Source of the DNA: Methanomassiliicoccales archaeon
GTDB taxonomy: Archaea; Thermoplasmatota; Thermoplasmata; Methanomassiliicoccales; JACIVX01
DNA length: 33,793 nt
Direction of reading: 5' to 3'
Assembly (NCBI GenBank): GCA_024464195.1
Contig: JANHAK010000001.1
Coordinates: 1-33,793 of the forward strand
The translations under genes and the position numbers were made by a program. The notes under the pieces were generated by a model. It searched no databases and was not told where the DNA came from. It was given only the letters and a program-made list of their open reading frames with translations. The first letter of the stretch is position 1; each line of letters opens with the position of its first letter. Shown here in pieces: positions 8,529-17,492 of this stretch.

Positions 8529-9185
8529 TTAAAAATCAACTTCAAGATCTTTGAGAAGATCTGGTATTCCCGCTCCGGTTTTGACACTGATCAAATGGAG
8601 AGTCTTATTCTTCGTAATCTTTTGGTAGTCGTCTGTAATTCTTTGAGGATCCACATCAAGATATGGAACGAGGTCGATCTTATTTAGCGCGGCTACATCC
8701 GCTACGGAGAAGATCAAAGGGTGTTTCCTTACCATATCGTCTCCTTCTGTCACGGAAATTACGACAAGTCTCTTATCAGTCCCAAGGGGAAAATCCGCCG
8801 GGCAGACAAGATTGCCGACATTTTCGATAAATAGAAAATCAATCGATTCGAGATCCAACTTCTCGAGCGCATGGCTGATTAAATGTGCATCTAGATGGCA
8901 TTCTTTGCCTGTGTTGATATTGATCGCTGGAATACCAAGCGATCGAAAACGATTGTAATCGTCTTGGCCAGCCACATCACCAGCAATCGCAGCAGGGCGT
9001 TTCCCTTTCTTGATCATTTCTGAAGCGATTCTCTCAATTAACGCTGTTTTACCTGAGCCGATCGATCCCATCACGTCGATTGATTTGATACCATTCCTCT
9101 TGAGAAGTTCGTGATTTTCATCGGCAATTTTTCTGTTCTCGGCGAGCACGTCAATTTCCATTGATATCTCAGTAATCTTGTGCAC
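8529..9185 (-). CDS. hypB: Hydrogenase/urease nickel-incorporation GTPase HypB
   Basis: P-loop GSIGSGKTALIERI, the metal/GTPase motif ENVGNLVCPADF, and NKIDL. The start at 9185 is GTG. An in-frame ATG at 9161 (MEIDVLAENRKIADEN...) gives the more typical HypB N-terminus and is an equally plausible start. Confidence 0.88.
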   Translation of the reverse strand: MHKITEISMEIDVLAENRKIADENHELLKRNGIKSIDVMGSIGSGKTALIERIASEMIKKGKRPAAIAGDVAGQDDYNRFRSLGIPAININTGKECHLDAHLISHALEKLDLESIDFLFIENVGNLVCPADFPLGTDKRLVVISVTEGDDMVRKHPLIFSVADVAALNKIDLVPYLDVDPQRITDDYQKITKNKTLHLISVKTGAGIPDLLKDLEVDF

Positions 9186-9444
9186 ATGCCGGTATTGAAA
9201 TTCAAGATAGAAAAATTGTTGTCTATCGATCTAGTGATCAGATTTTTCTTCATTGTTGATGATTAAGGTTAATTAGTCAGGAGAAATAGGGAGGACGAAT
9301 GGTGGCGCAAATCAGATTTTTCGATTAAAAATTCGATAGAATCTTCATGATGGTCGGTCAGTAATCATTTGATCGAGGCAGATTAAGAAATGAGCAACGA
9401 TTGTTTAGGGCAAGTCTTTTAATTGATTATTTTGATTGATAAAA

Positions 9445-9478
9445 TTTGAGAATGATGCATTTTTGAGAATGATGCATT
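9445..9478. repeat. Perfect 17-bp tandem direct repeat (TTTGAGAATGATGCATT x2), each unit containing an ATGCAT palindrome
   Basis: Read directly: tttgagaatgatgcatt at 9445-9461 and again at 9462-9478. A third ATGCATTTTT box is at 9573-9582. Confidence 0.9.
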
Positions 9479-9750
9479 AAGGTATGTTAAAACAAGATGT
9501 ATTGTAAAAATTCAAAATTCGGCAAATGAAAAGGTACTTTGACTGTCGATCTGTGATAGGGTGTTAGGTTGCATGCATTTTTCATGTGTATCATATATTT
9601 CTGAACAAAAAGGAAAAATGCAATGTAAGTTCTGGGTCCTGCTCTAATTCTCAAGGCTGAGGCTATGATTAGCATTTTCTTTTCCCTACTGTTTTCCCTC
9701 TTAGGCGTCAATTCCAGATAATCATTATCATAAAAGAAAAACCGACAAAG

Positions 9751-9758
9751 TTTATATA
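9751..9758 (+). promoter_or_regulatory. TATA box TTTATATA with a purine-rich BRE (cgacaaag) for the giant beta-helix gene
   Basis: Perfect consensus 51 nt upstream of the TTG at 9809. An SD GGAGG at 9798-9802 sits 6 nt before that TTG. Confidence 0.6.
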
Positions 9759-9808
9759 AAGAGATTCCATTATTACATCTCAGTACCTTTCAAACAGGGA
9801 GGAAGGAT

Positions 9809-12800
9809 TTGAACAGTCTTTGGGGTGTATTTATGAATTCGGACAAGGAAAATAAGCGTGAGCCATCAATGGGTCACGCTTTGGGAAAGCGGACGCTGGT
9901 ATATCTCGGTGCTCTGGTATTTCTTTTTGCACTGGTTCTTATCATTAACACCAGTAATGCAAGTGCAGCGGGACCTACCTACGTTTACGAAGACATTTCC
10001 ACGGACACAACATGGACGGAGGATGGCAGCCCCTACATTTTGAACGAATCAGTTTCTGTCCTCTCGGGAGCTACTTTGACTATTGAACCGAATGTGACGG
10101 TTATGGTAGATCCTGGGAATGTTTTGGAGATCAAGGGGGAACTGGTAGCGATTGGGACTTCCGCCGAACCGATTCTTTTCACGGCAAATGGCACATGGTT
10201 TTGGTCTGGGATCTATGTTGATGACTCGGGAATTGCAGTATTTAGCAATGTGATCATCGAACTAGCAGACTACGGTCTCTATATTGAAGATTCAAGCGTT
10301 GCGATGACCGATACCGTCATTCAGTATATTTACATTGCAGGGATCTGGTGGACGTCGAGTGGAGACATCGATGCTGAGTTGTCAGGCGTTGAAGTCAACC
10401 ATACTTTATGGCAAATGGGAATAATGCTGATAGCGAACAACGGAAATGCATCGGTCTCTCTAACAGATTGCATAGTTAACGACACAAATGGGCCTGGAAT
10501 TGTTGTTCAAGCGACAGGCTGGATAAATGCGGAAATTACCGGTACAGCAGTGACAGGATCTGCAGCGAATTCAGGTATCATTTTGTATTCTACTGGTGGA
10601 GATGTCACAGCGACCTTGGACTCGGTTATTGTGAATGCATGTGAATTGAATGGTATACTCATCTATTCGGCGGTTGGAGCTGTTGACGTTCAGGTGAGCG
10701 GATCTTTCATTTCTGGAAACGGGCAAGCCGGTCTCCAGGCGGAGGGATCAACTAGCGCTATTCTTATACTTGAGAATTCTGAGTTCTCTGAGAATGTCGT
10801 TGGTGTTGCGGTTTATTCCGTCGATGGCGATGCTGTCGTTGGGTTGTCAGGCGTATCAATCCTCGAAAGCTTGGATTACGGATTGATTGTAAACTCAGCT
10901 GCTGGTAATGTCGAATTGAGTCTCACTTCAACTATCATTAACAACACAGAATGGGCGATGGGTGTATTTGCTAAATCTAACGATGCCGACGTGAGTGCAG
11001 TGATTCAAGAAACCTCGGTTATTGGTGGAGCTGCAGGTATTGATCTAGAGGCCGGTGGTGATGTATCTGTTGCAATCACTGATTCTAGCTTTATGGCTAA
11101 CGGATTTATGTCAATGGTTGTCGTCGCCGGTGGACTAGCAACTGTTAACGTCGAGAACAGCTACATGAATGGTGAAGAAGCAAACCAACTTTCATGGTAT
11201 TATCCGAAGGAAATCGATTACGAGTACGAAATCATCAATCCTGATGGATACACGAGCTTGTCGGTTCTGAATGTTCCACTACCATTTGAATTCCCGTTCG
11301 GTACTGGAACATATACAAACATTGCAATCAGTCCATATGGGTTCATTTATGTGGGCTCTCCTGGTTGGATTCCCTTCCCGATCGATTTGGAGTCGGTAGC
11401 AGCCAATTTGATCGTACCATGTCAGGATTACTTTACCGCTGTATACTGGCCTTATGTGAGCTACAAGATAGTAAATGACGAGAAAATCATTGTTCAGTGG
11501 TATGTAAACAGATACGCCGATCCTTGGGCTGTTACAAACGTCTTTGAGGCAATCCTCTATTCAAACGGTGACATACAGTTTAACTATGCGAACATGGATG
11601 CGTTGAACTCGAACGATAGGTCATATGATTATGGTGTTAGAACAACAGGTTCCTGGGATGTGGCAATTGTCCTTAATGACATTTGGCTTCCAAATGTCTA
11701 CAATGCGGATTACAGGAGTATTTATCTCACGAGAGAATCATTCGGAATGTATGGCGCATATGTAGTATCAAACAGTGGTGTCGAGGCTTCGATACTCGAC
11801 AGCACGATCAGTCACTATGCAGGCGCTGGTATCCTCTTCATATGTGAAAACGGAGATGTTAAGGTAGACGTGAATAATCTAACGGCGGAGTACATTCTAG
11901 GCATGGATACATATGGCGTTGCCATAGGCGCTCTCACATTCAACGGCACAATGCATGCAACCGTCACCAATTCAGAATTCTCTCACATAGCTAATCTTGC
12001 AGTCGGCTTCTTATCGTCACCCTATTGGGGTGGGGAAGATATCGTCGAGATTACATCGAACATTTTCAACGAGGTTGGATGGGCTATTGCCGTTGTAACG
12101 CAAGTGGAAGATGATGATGGCTTCAACGAAATGGTCGAGTTCAGTGCTACGAGAACAATCTCCGAGAATGTCGGATCTAACAGCGGTGGCATAATGATTG
12201 GGGCGATGATAGGTATAGGCGACTCTGTGTGGAATGTCTCTATCGCGGATAGGGTCATTAATAACAGCTTCTCCGGCGAACCGACGTTCTGGGGAATGGG
12301 AGGAGAATCGTTCATCGAAGTAAGGCATGATCTCTACAGCGAAGACATGAATATGTCTGCCAACTTTGTCACTGAGATTGTCGGAAACTCGATTGATTCT
12401 GTGGCAACATACAGGGGTATATGGAGTGGTGTATTGGTTGATGATGAGGTTGCCTCATACGGCGCAACAACGGCCATTACTTCAAGCATCGTTATCACGA
12501 ATAATGTGATCTATGGGCAGAGTGACTTTGACGGCATAGACGTTTATTACGGCGCAGATTCGGATACCGGTCTCTATTCAGTCATCGATATTGCGATAAA
12601 TGATAATGAAATCAAGGCTGAGGAATATGCCTGGGATGGTATCTATATTGATATTGAAAGCTACCTAGAATACGGCCGCGGTGACGGATCGCTCGATGCG
12701 AATATAGTAACTGAGAGAAACCTGATCGAGAATGCATCTTACGGTATTTATATCGAGGCAGAAGCGGGAACATATAATCATTTCGGCAACCAGGCAGCGA

Positions 12801-15800
12801 CTTTAATGGTGTCGGTATCGGACAATGAGATTATTGCGTTCTACGAGATCATTGATGTCGAGATCTACGGTTACGCTATATATGACTACTATTACCCGTT
12901 GTACGAAACTGAAGTCTCATCAATGCAATCAGTCACCTTTGATGTCAGCATCACGGGGAACAAGGGAACATATTATCCAAGTGAATGGGCAGGTGGTCTC
13001 TACGGTATGGGAGTTTACACCTATGCTTATGCATACGATTGGATGAGTCTGTTCTCCCACCCGTCGTGCTATATGGATGGAACCATCTTGATCGCTGACA
13101 ACACGATAGAAGTCGCTGGTTATGCATCGTACGATTCGGCAATTTGGAACTGGAACTATGCCACCGCGTCGTACAGTGATAGTATTGTTGTCTCATCAAT
13201 TTCAACTACGGTCACAAACAATCTGATAAACGTGACAACGGATTCCGACTCCGCTGACATATACGGAATAGAGATTTATGATGATGTGGAAGCAAACAGC
13301 TACTACTATCAATTCGCTTCATCACCTATTGCAACATTGATTTCCAACCTTGTGATCAGCGGAAATGAAATCAGAGGTCCGATATACAATGGGATTTTCG
13401 TAGAATCTTACGTTCAATCAGAATACGGTAAATCGTCTGTCAATTATCAGACATCGCAAGAAATATCAAACAATGTGATCTCAGGATATCTCGGTTACGG
13501 TGTTATTGTCGACTGGTACTTTGAGGCAGATCAATACTCGCAGGATGCATTCAGCACAAACGCAATCGTGAATGCGACGGTTGCAACGATTATTAAAGAC
13601 AACTTGATTTCGTCGGAGCTCTCTGATTGGTATGAAGCCACAGGCATTTCGCTGTACGCAAATGCGTGGTCCAATTGGGGCATTGAGGGTTACATTAACT
13701 CGAACATTACTGTGGAGATCAATTCAAACGAGATCTCATTTAGCCCACAAGTGGAATGGAGCTGGACCGAAGGAATTTACGCCTATTCATATCCATGGGG
13801 TCTCATTAACGTTGTTGCCGATGGAAATGTCATAGAGAACGCTGGTGTTGGTATAGATCTTGAAAGGTGCATTGTAAAGGTGACAAACAATGTAATATCG
13901 AATCCAGTATACGAAGGTGTATATCTGTACGAATCAACTGGCGTTGTATCGGGAAATGAAATCTTTGGCGGCATATACGCGCAGGGGATTTACCTCGAGG
14001 ATTGCTTCCAGATGAATATTTCAGACAACAAAGTTGATGGCTGCGGTGACGGAATTTACGTATACTATTCGGGCGATCTTATCATATCAGACAATATACT
14101 GATGAATAATGGGCTCGAAGGCTACGATACATTTGGACTGTACATTTACGAGGCATCTAATGTGACCATTACAGGCAACACAATAACAAACAACGCGGTC
14201 GGGGTTGTGATCTACTACTCTAATGACATCGTATTCTTAGATAACGTCGTCAGCGACAATCTCTATGAGGGCGCATACTTCGAAGACTGCGAATCGCTTG
14301 TCATTGAAAGCAACGTCATGTCGGAGAACGGTGGGAGCGGTCTTGAGCTTGAGGATTGTTATTCGGTCGTTATCGGTAACAATACAATCCGCGAGAACCT
14401 GCTATATGGTCTCTACATTGATGAATCAGGGCCAGTGACCATTTACAATGGTATCTACTTGGATAACACTTATGATGGAATCTATGCCTACGGCGTGGTC
14501 GAATGGATTGTTGATGATGTCTCTGAAGTCAGAAACAACGCAATCACTCTGTACGGTGATCTGACTGTCGTCAATGGCGGCATGCTTACCCTCGACAATG
14601 TGTGGTACTTCATACTTGGCGAAGATTGGATGGATAATGTACCGCAGATCATCGTTGAGGAAGGGGGAACGCTTATCGTCGTTGCCTCAGGTATCAGTTC
14701 CTACAGCTGGTGGCCTGGGCCAGAAATACTCCAGGGCGGTTATTACTGGAGCTTCGAGGTCTATGGGACACTCGATATGGAATCAAGCGAGGTAAGCGGT
14801 GCCATTGAGATTTACCTAGGACCAACATCAAATGCAGACATCAGAACAAGCGTAATCTATGAAAACTGGAGAAATGGTATCCACATAGACAACTGCTCGC
14901 CAAGAATCTCGGCGACGACGATCATTTACAATGGCATGGACGGTATCTTCATCGAAGGAGCAGATGCGGCTCCGACAATCATGGATTGTCTGATCGCAAT
15001 GAACAACCGCGGAATCTACGCAATCGATTCGAGCCTTGCCAATGTCGTTGACAATGTGATCGTCGCCAACTGGGGCATCGGTATCTATGTGGTTAGAGCG
15101 ACTGGTTCAATACATGACAATATCTTGTTGTTCAACCCAGTTGAAATCTACATCAAGGACAGCACGGTAACGGTCGAGGACAATCAGATCGGTTACTCAG
15201 TGATCATCGACATTATGTCCAAGTACGCACCGGCTCTCATCGGTGGAGGTTATGTCCCACTCTTTGGCGAATGGATGCTCACCCCCGAGATCATTGCGGA
15301 AGCCCAGATGAACCATATCGGTCTATATGCAGTCAATTCGACTGTTTCGTTGAGCGATAACGTTTACGGCATGCTCAAATACGCGATCTATGTAACTCAA
15401 TCAACACTGACAGTCAGTGATACGATTAAGATGACAACGCTTGTTCTACCTTACTACGATGAATATGGAACTCTGTGGAATGTGTCGCTACCGATCATTG
15501 TATACGATGGTATCTATGCAGCGAAGTCCAATGTCACGGTTAATGGCGGCATGATCAGCGTCCTTGACGATGCGATCTTCCTTGAGTCTTCGAATGCAGA
15601 TCTGAGAAATGTCGTACTTGACGCGGGCGACTTCGATATCTATCTCACTGACGGATCGACTGCATGTGCGATCGAAGTCACATTCGAGAAAGCAAAGGTC
15701 CTGGACACATCAGTTCTGACGGTGTACTATAAGCTAACAGTAAGGGCTCTTGATCAAGATGGTTTGCCAGTAAGCGGAGTCTGGGTTGTTGTCTACGATG

Positions 15801-16099
15801 AGGAAGGCAATGTTGTCGGAGAAGGTGCGACAGATGACGGAGGCAACTTCAGTCTCTGTGCAGTTGGTTACGTACAGACAAGCGCTGGCGTGGGAGCTGC
15901 AAGGACATACACGGTTAACGCATCATTCGATCAGGGATATGTAGAGAAGAATGTCGTGTTGGACAAGAATACCGAGGTCATCATTGAGACGCCTGTGGAG
16001 AAGGCTGTAACATACAGCCCTGGATTTGCGTTCATATTCCTGATGATTTCGATATTCTTGGTAGCTGTGGCGCTTCTCGTGGAAGCTGGAAAGAAATAA
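9809..16099 (+). CDS. Giant (2,096 aa) secreted right-handed parallel beta-helix (PbH1/NosD-like repeat) surface protein with a C-terminal PGF-CTERM sorting signal
   Basis: N-terminal signal peptide (LVYLGALVFLFALVLIINTSNASA). Several blocks of about 22-aa PbH1-type repeats, clearest at about nt 13870-14490 (ISDNKVDGCGDGIYVYYSGDLIISDNILMNN..., ITGNTITNNAVGVVIYYSNDIVFLDNVVSDN...) and about 14850-15200. A carboxypeptidase-regulatory-like beta-sandwich lies near the end (LTVRALDQDGLPVSGVWVVVYDEEGNVVGEGATDDGGNF). The C-terminus is SPGFAFIFLMISIFLVAVALLVEAGKK. The start is TTG at 9809 (SD-supported) or ATG at 9833. Confidence 0.8.
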   Translation: MNSLWGVFMNSDKENKREPSMGHALGKRTLVYLGALVFLFALVLIINTSNASAAGPTYVYEDISTDTTWTEDGSPYILNESVSVLSGATLTIEPNVTVMVDPGNVLEIKGELVAIGTSAEPILFTANGTWFWSGIYVDDSGIAVFSNVIIELADYGLYIEDSSVAMTDTVIQYIYIAGIWWTSSGDIDAELSGVEVNHTLWQMGIMLIANNGNASVSLTDCIVNDTNGPGIVVQATGWINAEITGTAVTGSAANSGIILYSTGGDVTATLDSVIVNACELNGILIYSAVGAVDVQVSGSFISGNGQAGLQAEGSTSAILILENSEFSENVVGVAVYSVDGDAVVGLSGVSILESLDYGLIVNSAAGNVELSLTSTIINNTEWAMGVFAKSNDADVSAVIQETSVIGGAAGIDLEAGGDVSVAITDSSFMANGFMSMVVVAGGLATVNVENSYMNGEEANQLSWYYPKEIDYEYEIINPDGYTSLSVLNVPLPFEFPFGTGTYTNIAISPYGFIYVGSPGWIPFPIDLESVAANLIVPCQDYFTAVYWPYVSYKIVNDEKIIVQWYVNRYADPWAVTNVFEAILYSNGDIQFNYANMDALNSNDRSYDYGVRTTGSWDVAIVLNDIWLPNVYNADYRSIYLTRESFGMYGAYVVSNSGVEASILDSTISHYAGAGILFICENGDVKVDVNNLTAEYILGMDTYGVAIGALTFNGTMHATVTNSEFSHIANLAVGFLSSPYWGGEDIVEITSNIFNEVGWAIAVVTQVEDDDGFNEMVEFSATRTISENVGSNSGGIMIGAMIGIGDSVWNVSIADRVINNSFSGEPTFWGMGGESFIEVRHDLYSEDMNMSANFVTEIVGNSIDSVATYRGIWSGVLVDDEVASYGATTAITSSIVITNNVIYGQSDFDGIDVYYGADSDTGLYSVIDIAINDNEIKAEEYAWDGIYIDIESYLEYGRGDGSLDANIVTERNLIENASYGIYIEAEAGTYNHFGNQAATLMVSVSDNEIIAFYEIIDVEIYGYAIYDYYYPLYETEVSSMQSVTFDVSITGNKGTYYPSEWAGGLYGMGVYTYAYAYDWMSLFSHPSCYMDGTILIADNTIEVAGYASYDSAIWNWNYATASYSDSIVVSSISTTVTNNLINVTTDSDSADIYGIEIYDDVEANSYYYQFASSPIATLISNLVISGNEIRGPIYNGIFVESYVQSEYGKSSVNYQTSQEISNNVISGYLGYGVIVDWYFEADQYSQDAFSTNAIVNATVATIIKDNLISSELSDWYEATGISLYANAWSNWGIEGYINSNITVEINSNEISFSPQVEWSWTEGIYAYSYPWGLINVVADGNVIENAGVGIDLERCIVKVTNNVISNPVYEGVYLYESTGVVSGNEIFGGIYAQGIYLEDCFQMNISDNKVDGCGDGIYVYYSGDLIISDNILMNNGLEGYDTFGLYIYEASNVTITGNTITNNAVGVVIYYSNDIVFLDNVVSDNLYEGAYFEDCESLVIESNVMSENGGSGLELEDCYSVVIGNNTIRENLLYGLYIDESGPVTIYNGIYLDNTYDGIYAYGVVEWIVDDVSEVRNNAITLYGDLTVVNGGMLTLDNVWYFILGEDWMDNVPQIIVEEGGTLIVVASGISSYSWWPGPEILQGGYYWSFEVYGTLDMESSEVSGAIEIYLGPTSNADIRTSVIYENWRNGIHIDNCSPRISATTIIYNGMDGIFIEGADAAPTIMDCLIAMNNRGIYAIDSSLANVVDNVIVANWGIGIYVVRATGSIHDNILLFNPVEIYIKDSTVTVEDNQIGYSVIIDIMSKYAPALIGGGYVPLFGEWMLTPEIIAEAQMNHIGLYAVNSTVSLSDNVYGMLKYAIYVTQSTLTVSDTIKMTTLVLPYYDEYGTLWNVSLPIIVYDGIYAAKSNVTVNGGMISVLDDAIFLESSNADLRNVVLDAGDFDIYLTDGSTACAIEVTFEKAKVLDTSVLTVYYKLTVRALDQDGLPVSGVWVVVYDEEGNVVGEGATDDGGNFSLCAVGYVQTSAGVGAARTYTVNASFDQGYVEKNVVLDKNTEVIIETPVEKAVTYSPGFAFIFLMISIFLVAVALLVEAGKK
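16019..16096 (+). other. PGF-CTERM-type archaeosortase A sorting signal (PGF + TM helix + basic tail)
   Basis: Codons cct gga ttt (P-G-F) at 16019-16027, then 17 hydrophobic residues and EAGKK immediately before the stop. Confidence 0.6.
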
Positions 16100-16107
16100 A
16101 CTCATTC

Positions 16108-16134
16108 TTTTTTCCTTTTTCCTTTTATTTTTTT
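16108..16134 (+). terminator. Cluster of oligo-T tracts (T6, T5, T4, T7) after the giant gene
   Basis: Sequence ttttttccttttt ccttttattttttt begins 9 nt after the TAA. This is a typical archaeal intrinsic termination signal. Confidence 0.55.
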
Positions 16135-16193
16135 ACAACAATTTCCTACCAAAATAGTTAAGGCTGGATTCTATTCTCTTCTCGGGATAAACG

Positions 16194-17492
16194 ATGAGTT
16201 ACTCTGCAAAAGTTCTTTCACTTTTAGAAAATTGCGGAGCAACCGAAGGCGATCGGATTATTGTGGAGACGGGTCAGAAGAAGATGGAAGGCATTCTGAT
16301 GCCGCATCATTCTTTCAGCAATCCAGATGTCATTATTTTGAAACTCGGGAACGGCTATAACGTTGGAATCAGAGTTTCTGATAGCACAAGAGTTCGCTTG
16401 ATCGAGAAGGCAATCAGTAAATCGATGAAACGATCTGAGTATGCACCACAAATTGAAAGGAAGACAATTTCCGTCATCGGAACGGGTGGGACAATTGCCA
16501 GTTATGTCGATTATCGCACAGGTGCCGTTCATCCCGCATTGATGGCAGATGAACTCGTCAGCGCTGTACCTGAGATCTCAGAGATTTGCAACGTGAGGGC
16601 TGAAGTTCTCTTCTCGATCTTCAGCGAGAATATGACAGTTCAACGATGGCAAGCGCTTGCGGAGGCAGTTGCGGATAAGCTCGGTGAGGGCGTTGAGGGG
16701 TGCATAATCCCCCACGGTACTGACACAATGGGATATACTGCGGCAGCGCTTTCTTTCATGTTTGAAAGCCTTCCGCGACCGGTGATCCTTGTCGGTGCAC
16801 AACGATCTTCCGATCGTCCTTCATCCGATGCGTACACGAATTTAATTGCAGCCGCGAGATTTGCGGTCGAATCGGATGTTGCCGAGATATGCGTGCTCAT
16901 GCACGAATCGCCATCAGATACTTCTGCCTTGATTCATCGCGGTACAAAGGTAAGGAAGATGCACACGAGTCGACGGGACGCTTTCAAGAGTATCAATGCG
17001 TGGCCGATTGCGCGAATTCATTTCGAAGGTGGTATTGAATATCTATCAGATTACCGAAAAAAGAATGGCAATCGAGTTATTCTGAAAAAAGAAATGGAGG
17101 AGAATGTTGCACTTCTGTACTTCTTCCCTGGCATGAGTGTTTCTAAATTCGAGAACATACTGCGTGAACACCGGGGCATTGTAATCGCGGGATCAGGTCT
17201 CGGACATGTCTCGTCTGATATGGTTCATTCGATCGCAAGAGCAATTCGATCAGGAACAACAGTCGTCATGACATCTCAGTGTCTTTATGGAAGAACTAAT
17301 CTCAACGTATATGATACTGGAAGGGACCTCCTTGCCGCAGGCGTCATTCCAGGTGAAGATATGCTGCCTGAGACGGCGTACGTGAAATTAATGTGGGTGC
17401 TCGCTCACGCCGCGTCAGAAAAAGATATCGAATCAATGATGCGCGAGAATCTCCGCGGTGAGATCTCGCAAAGGAGGGAGCTCGATGAATAG
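16194..17492 (+). CDS. gatD: Glu-tRNA(Gln) amidotransferase subunit D (asparaginase-like)
   Basis: 432 aa. Asparaginase motifs VIGTGGTIAS and IPHGTDTMGYTAAALSF. It sits immediately upstream of gatE and overlaps it. Confidence 0.93.
   Translation: MSYSAKVLSLLENCGATEGDRIIVETGQKKMEGILMPHHSFSNPDVIILKLGNGYNVGIRVSDSTRVRLIEKAISKSMKRSEYAPQIERKTISVIGTGGTIASYVDYRTGAVHPALMADELVSAVPEISEICNVRAEVLFSIFSENMTVQRWQALAEAVADKLGEGVEGCIIPHGTDTMGYTAAALSFMFESLPRPVILVGAQRSSDRPSSDAYTNLIAAARFAVESDVAEICVLMHESPSDTSALIHRGTKVRKMHTSRRDAFKSINAWPIARIHFEGGIEYLSDYRKKNGNRVILKKEMEENVALLYFFPGMSVSKFENILREHRGIVIAGSGLGHVSSDMVHSIARAIRSGTTVVMTSQCLYGRTNLNVYDTGRDLLAAGVIPGEDMLPETAYVKLMWVLAHAASEKDIESMMRENLRGEISQRRELDE

Noticed and set aside
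9487-9711. 74-aa minus-strand ORF in the long intergenic region
   Set aside because: It has no SD or TATA at the right distance and no recognisable motif, and it sits in AT-rich DNA where random ORFs are expected. The region is reported as non-coding and unexplained instead.
9809-16099. N-glycosylation sequon enrichment as evidence that the giant protein is an AglB substrate
   Set aside because: My by-eye count (about 27 N-X-S/T in 2,096 aa) is about what the Asn and Ser/Thr content predicts, so it is not independent evidence.
17458-17484. Upstream extension of gatE in the ORF track. The same issue applies to 20009-20059 (rhomboid), 19914-19991 (methyltransferase), 23508-23675 (HAD) and 29962-30027 (NFACT).
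   Set aside because: The extensions start at non-ATG codons or add non-conserved residues. They overlap neighbouring genes or promoters, and canonical family N-termini begin at the internal ATGs.
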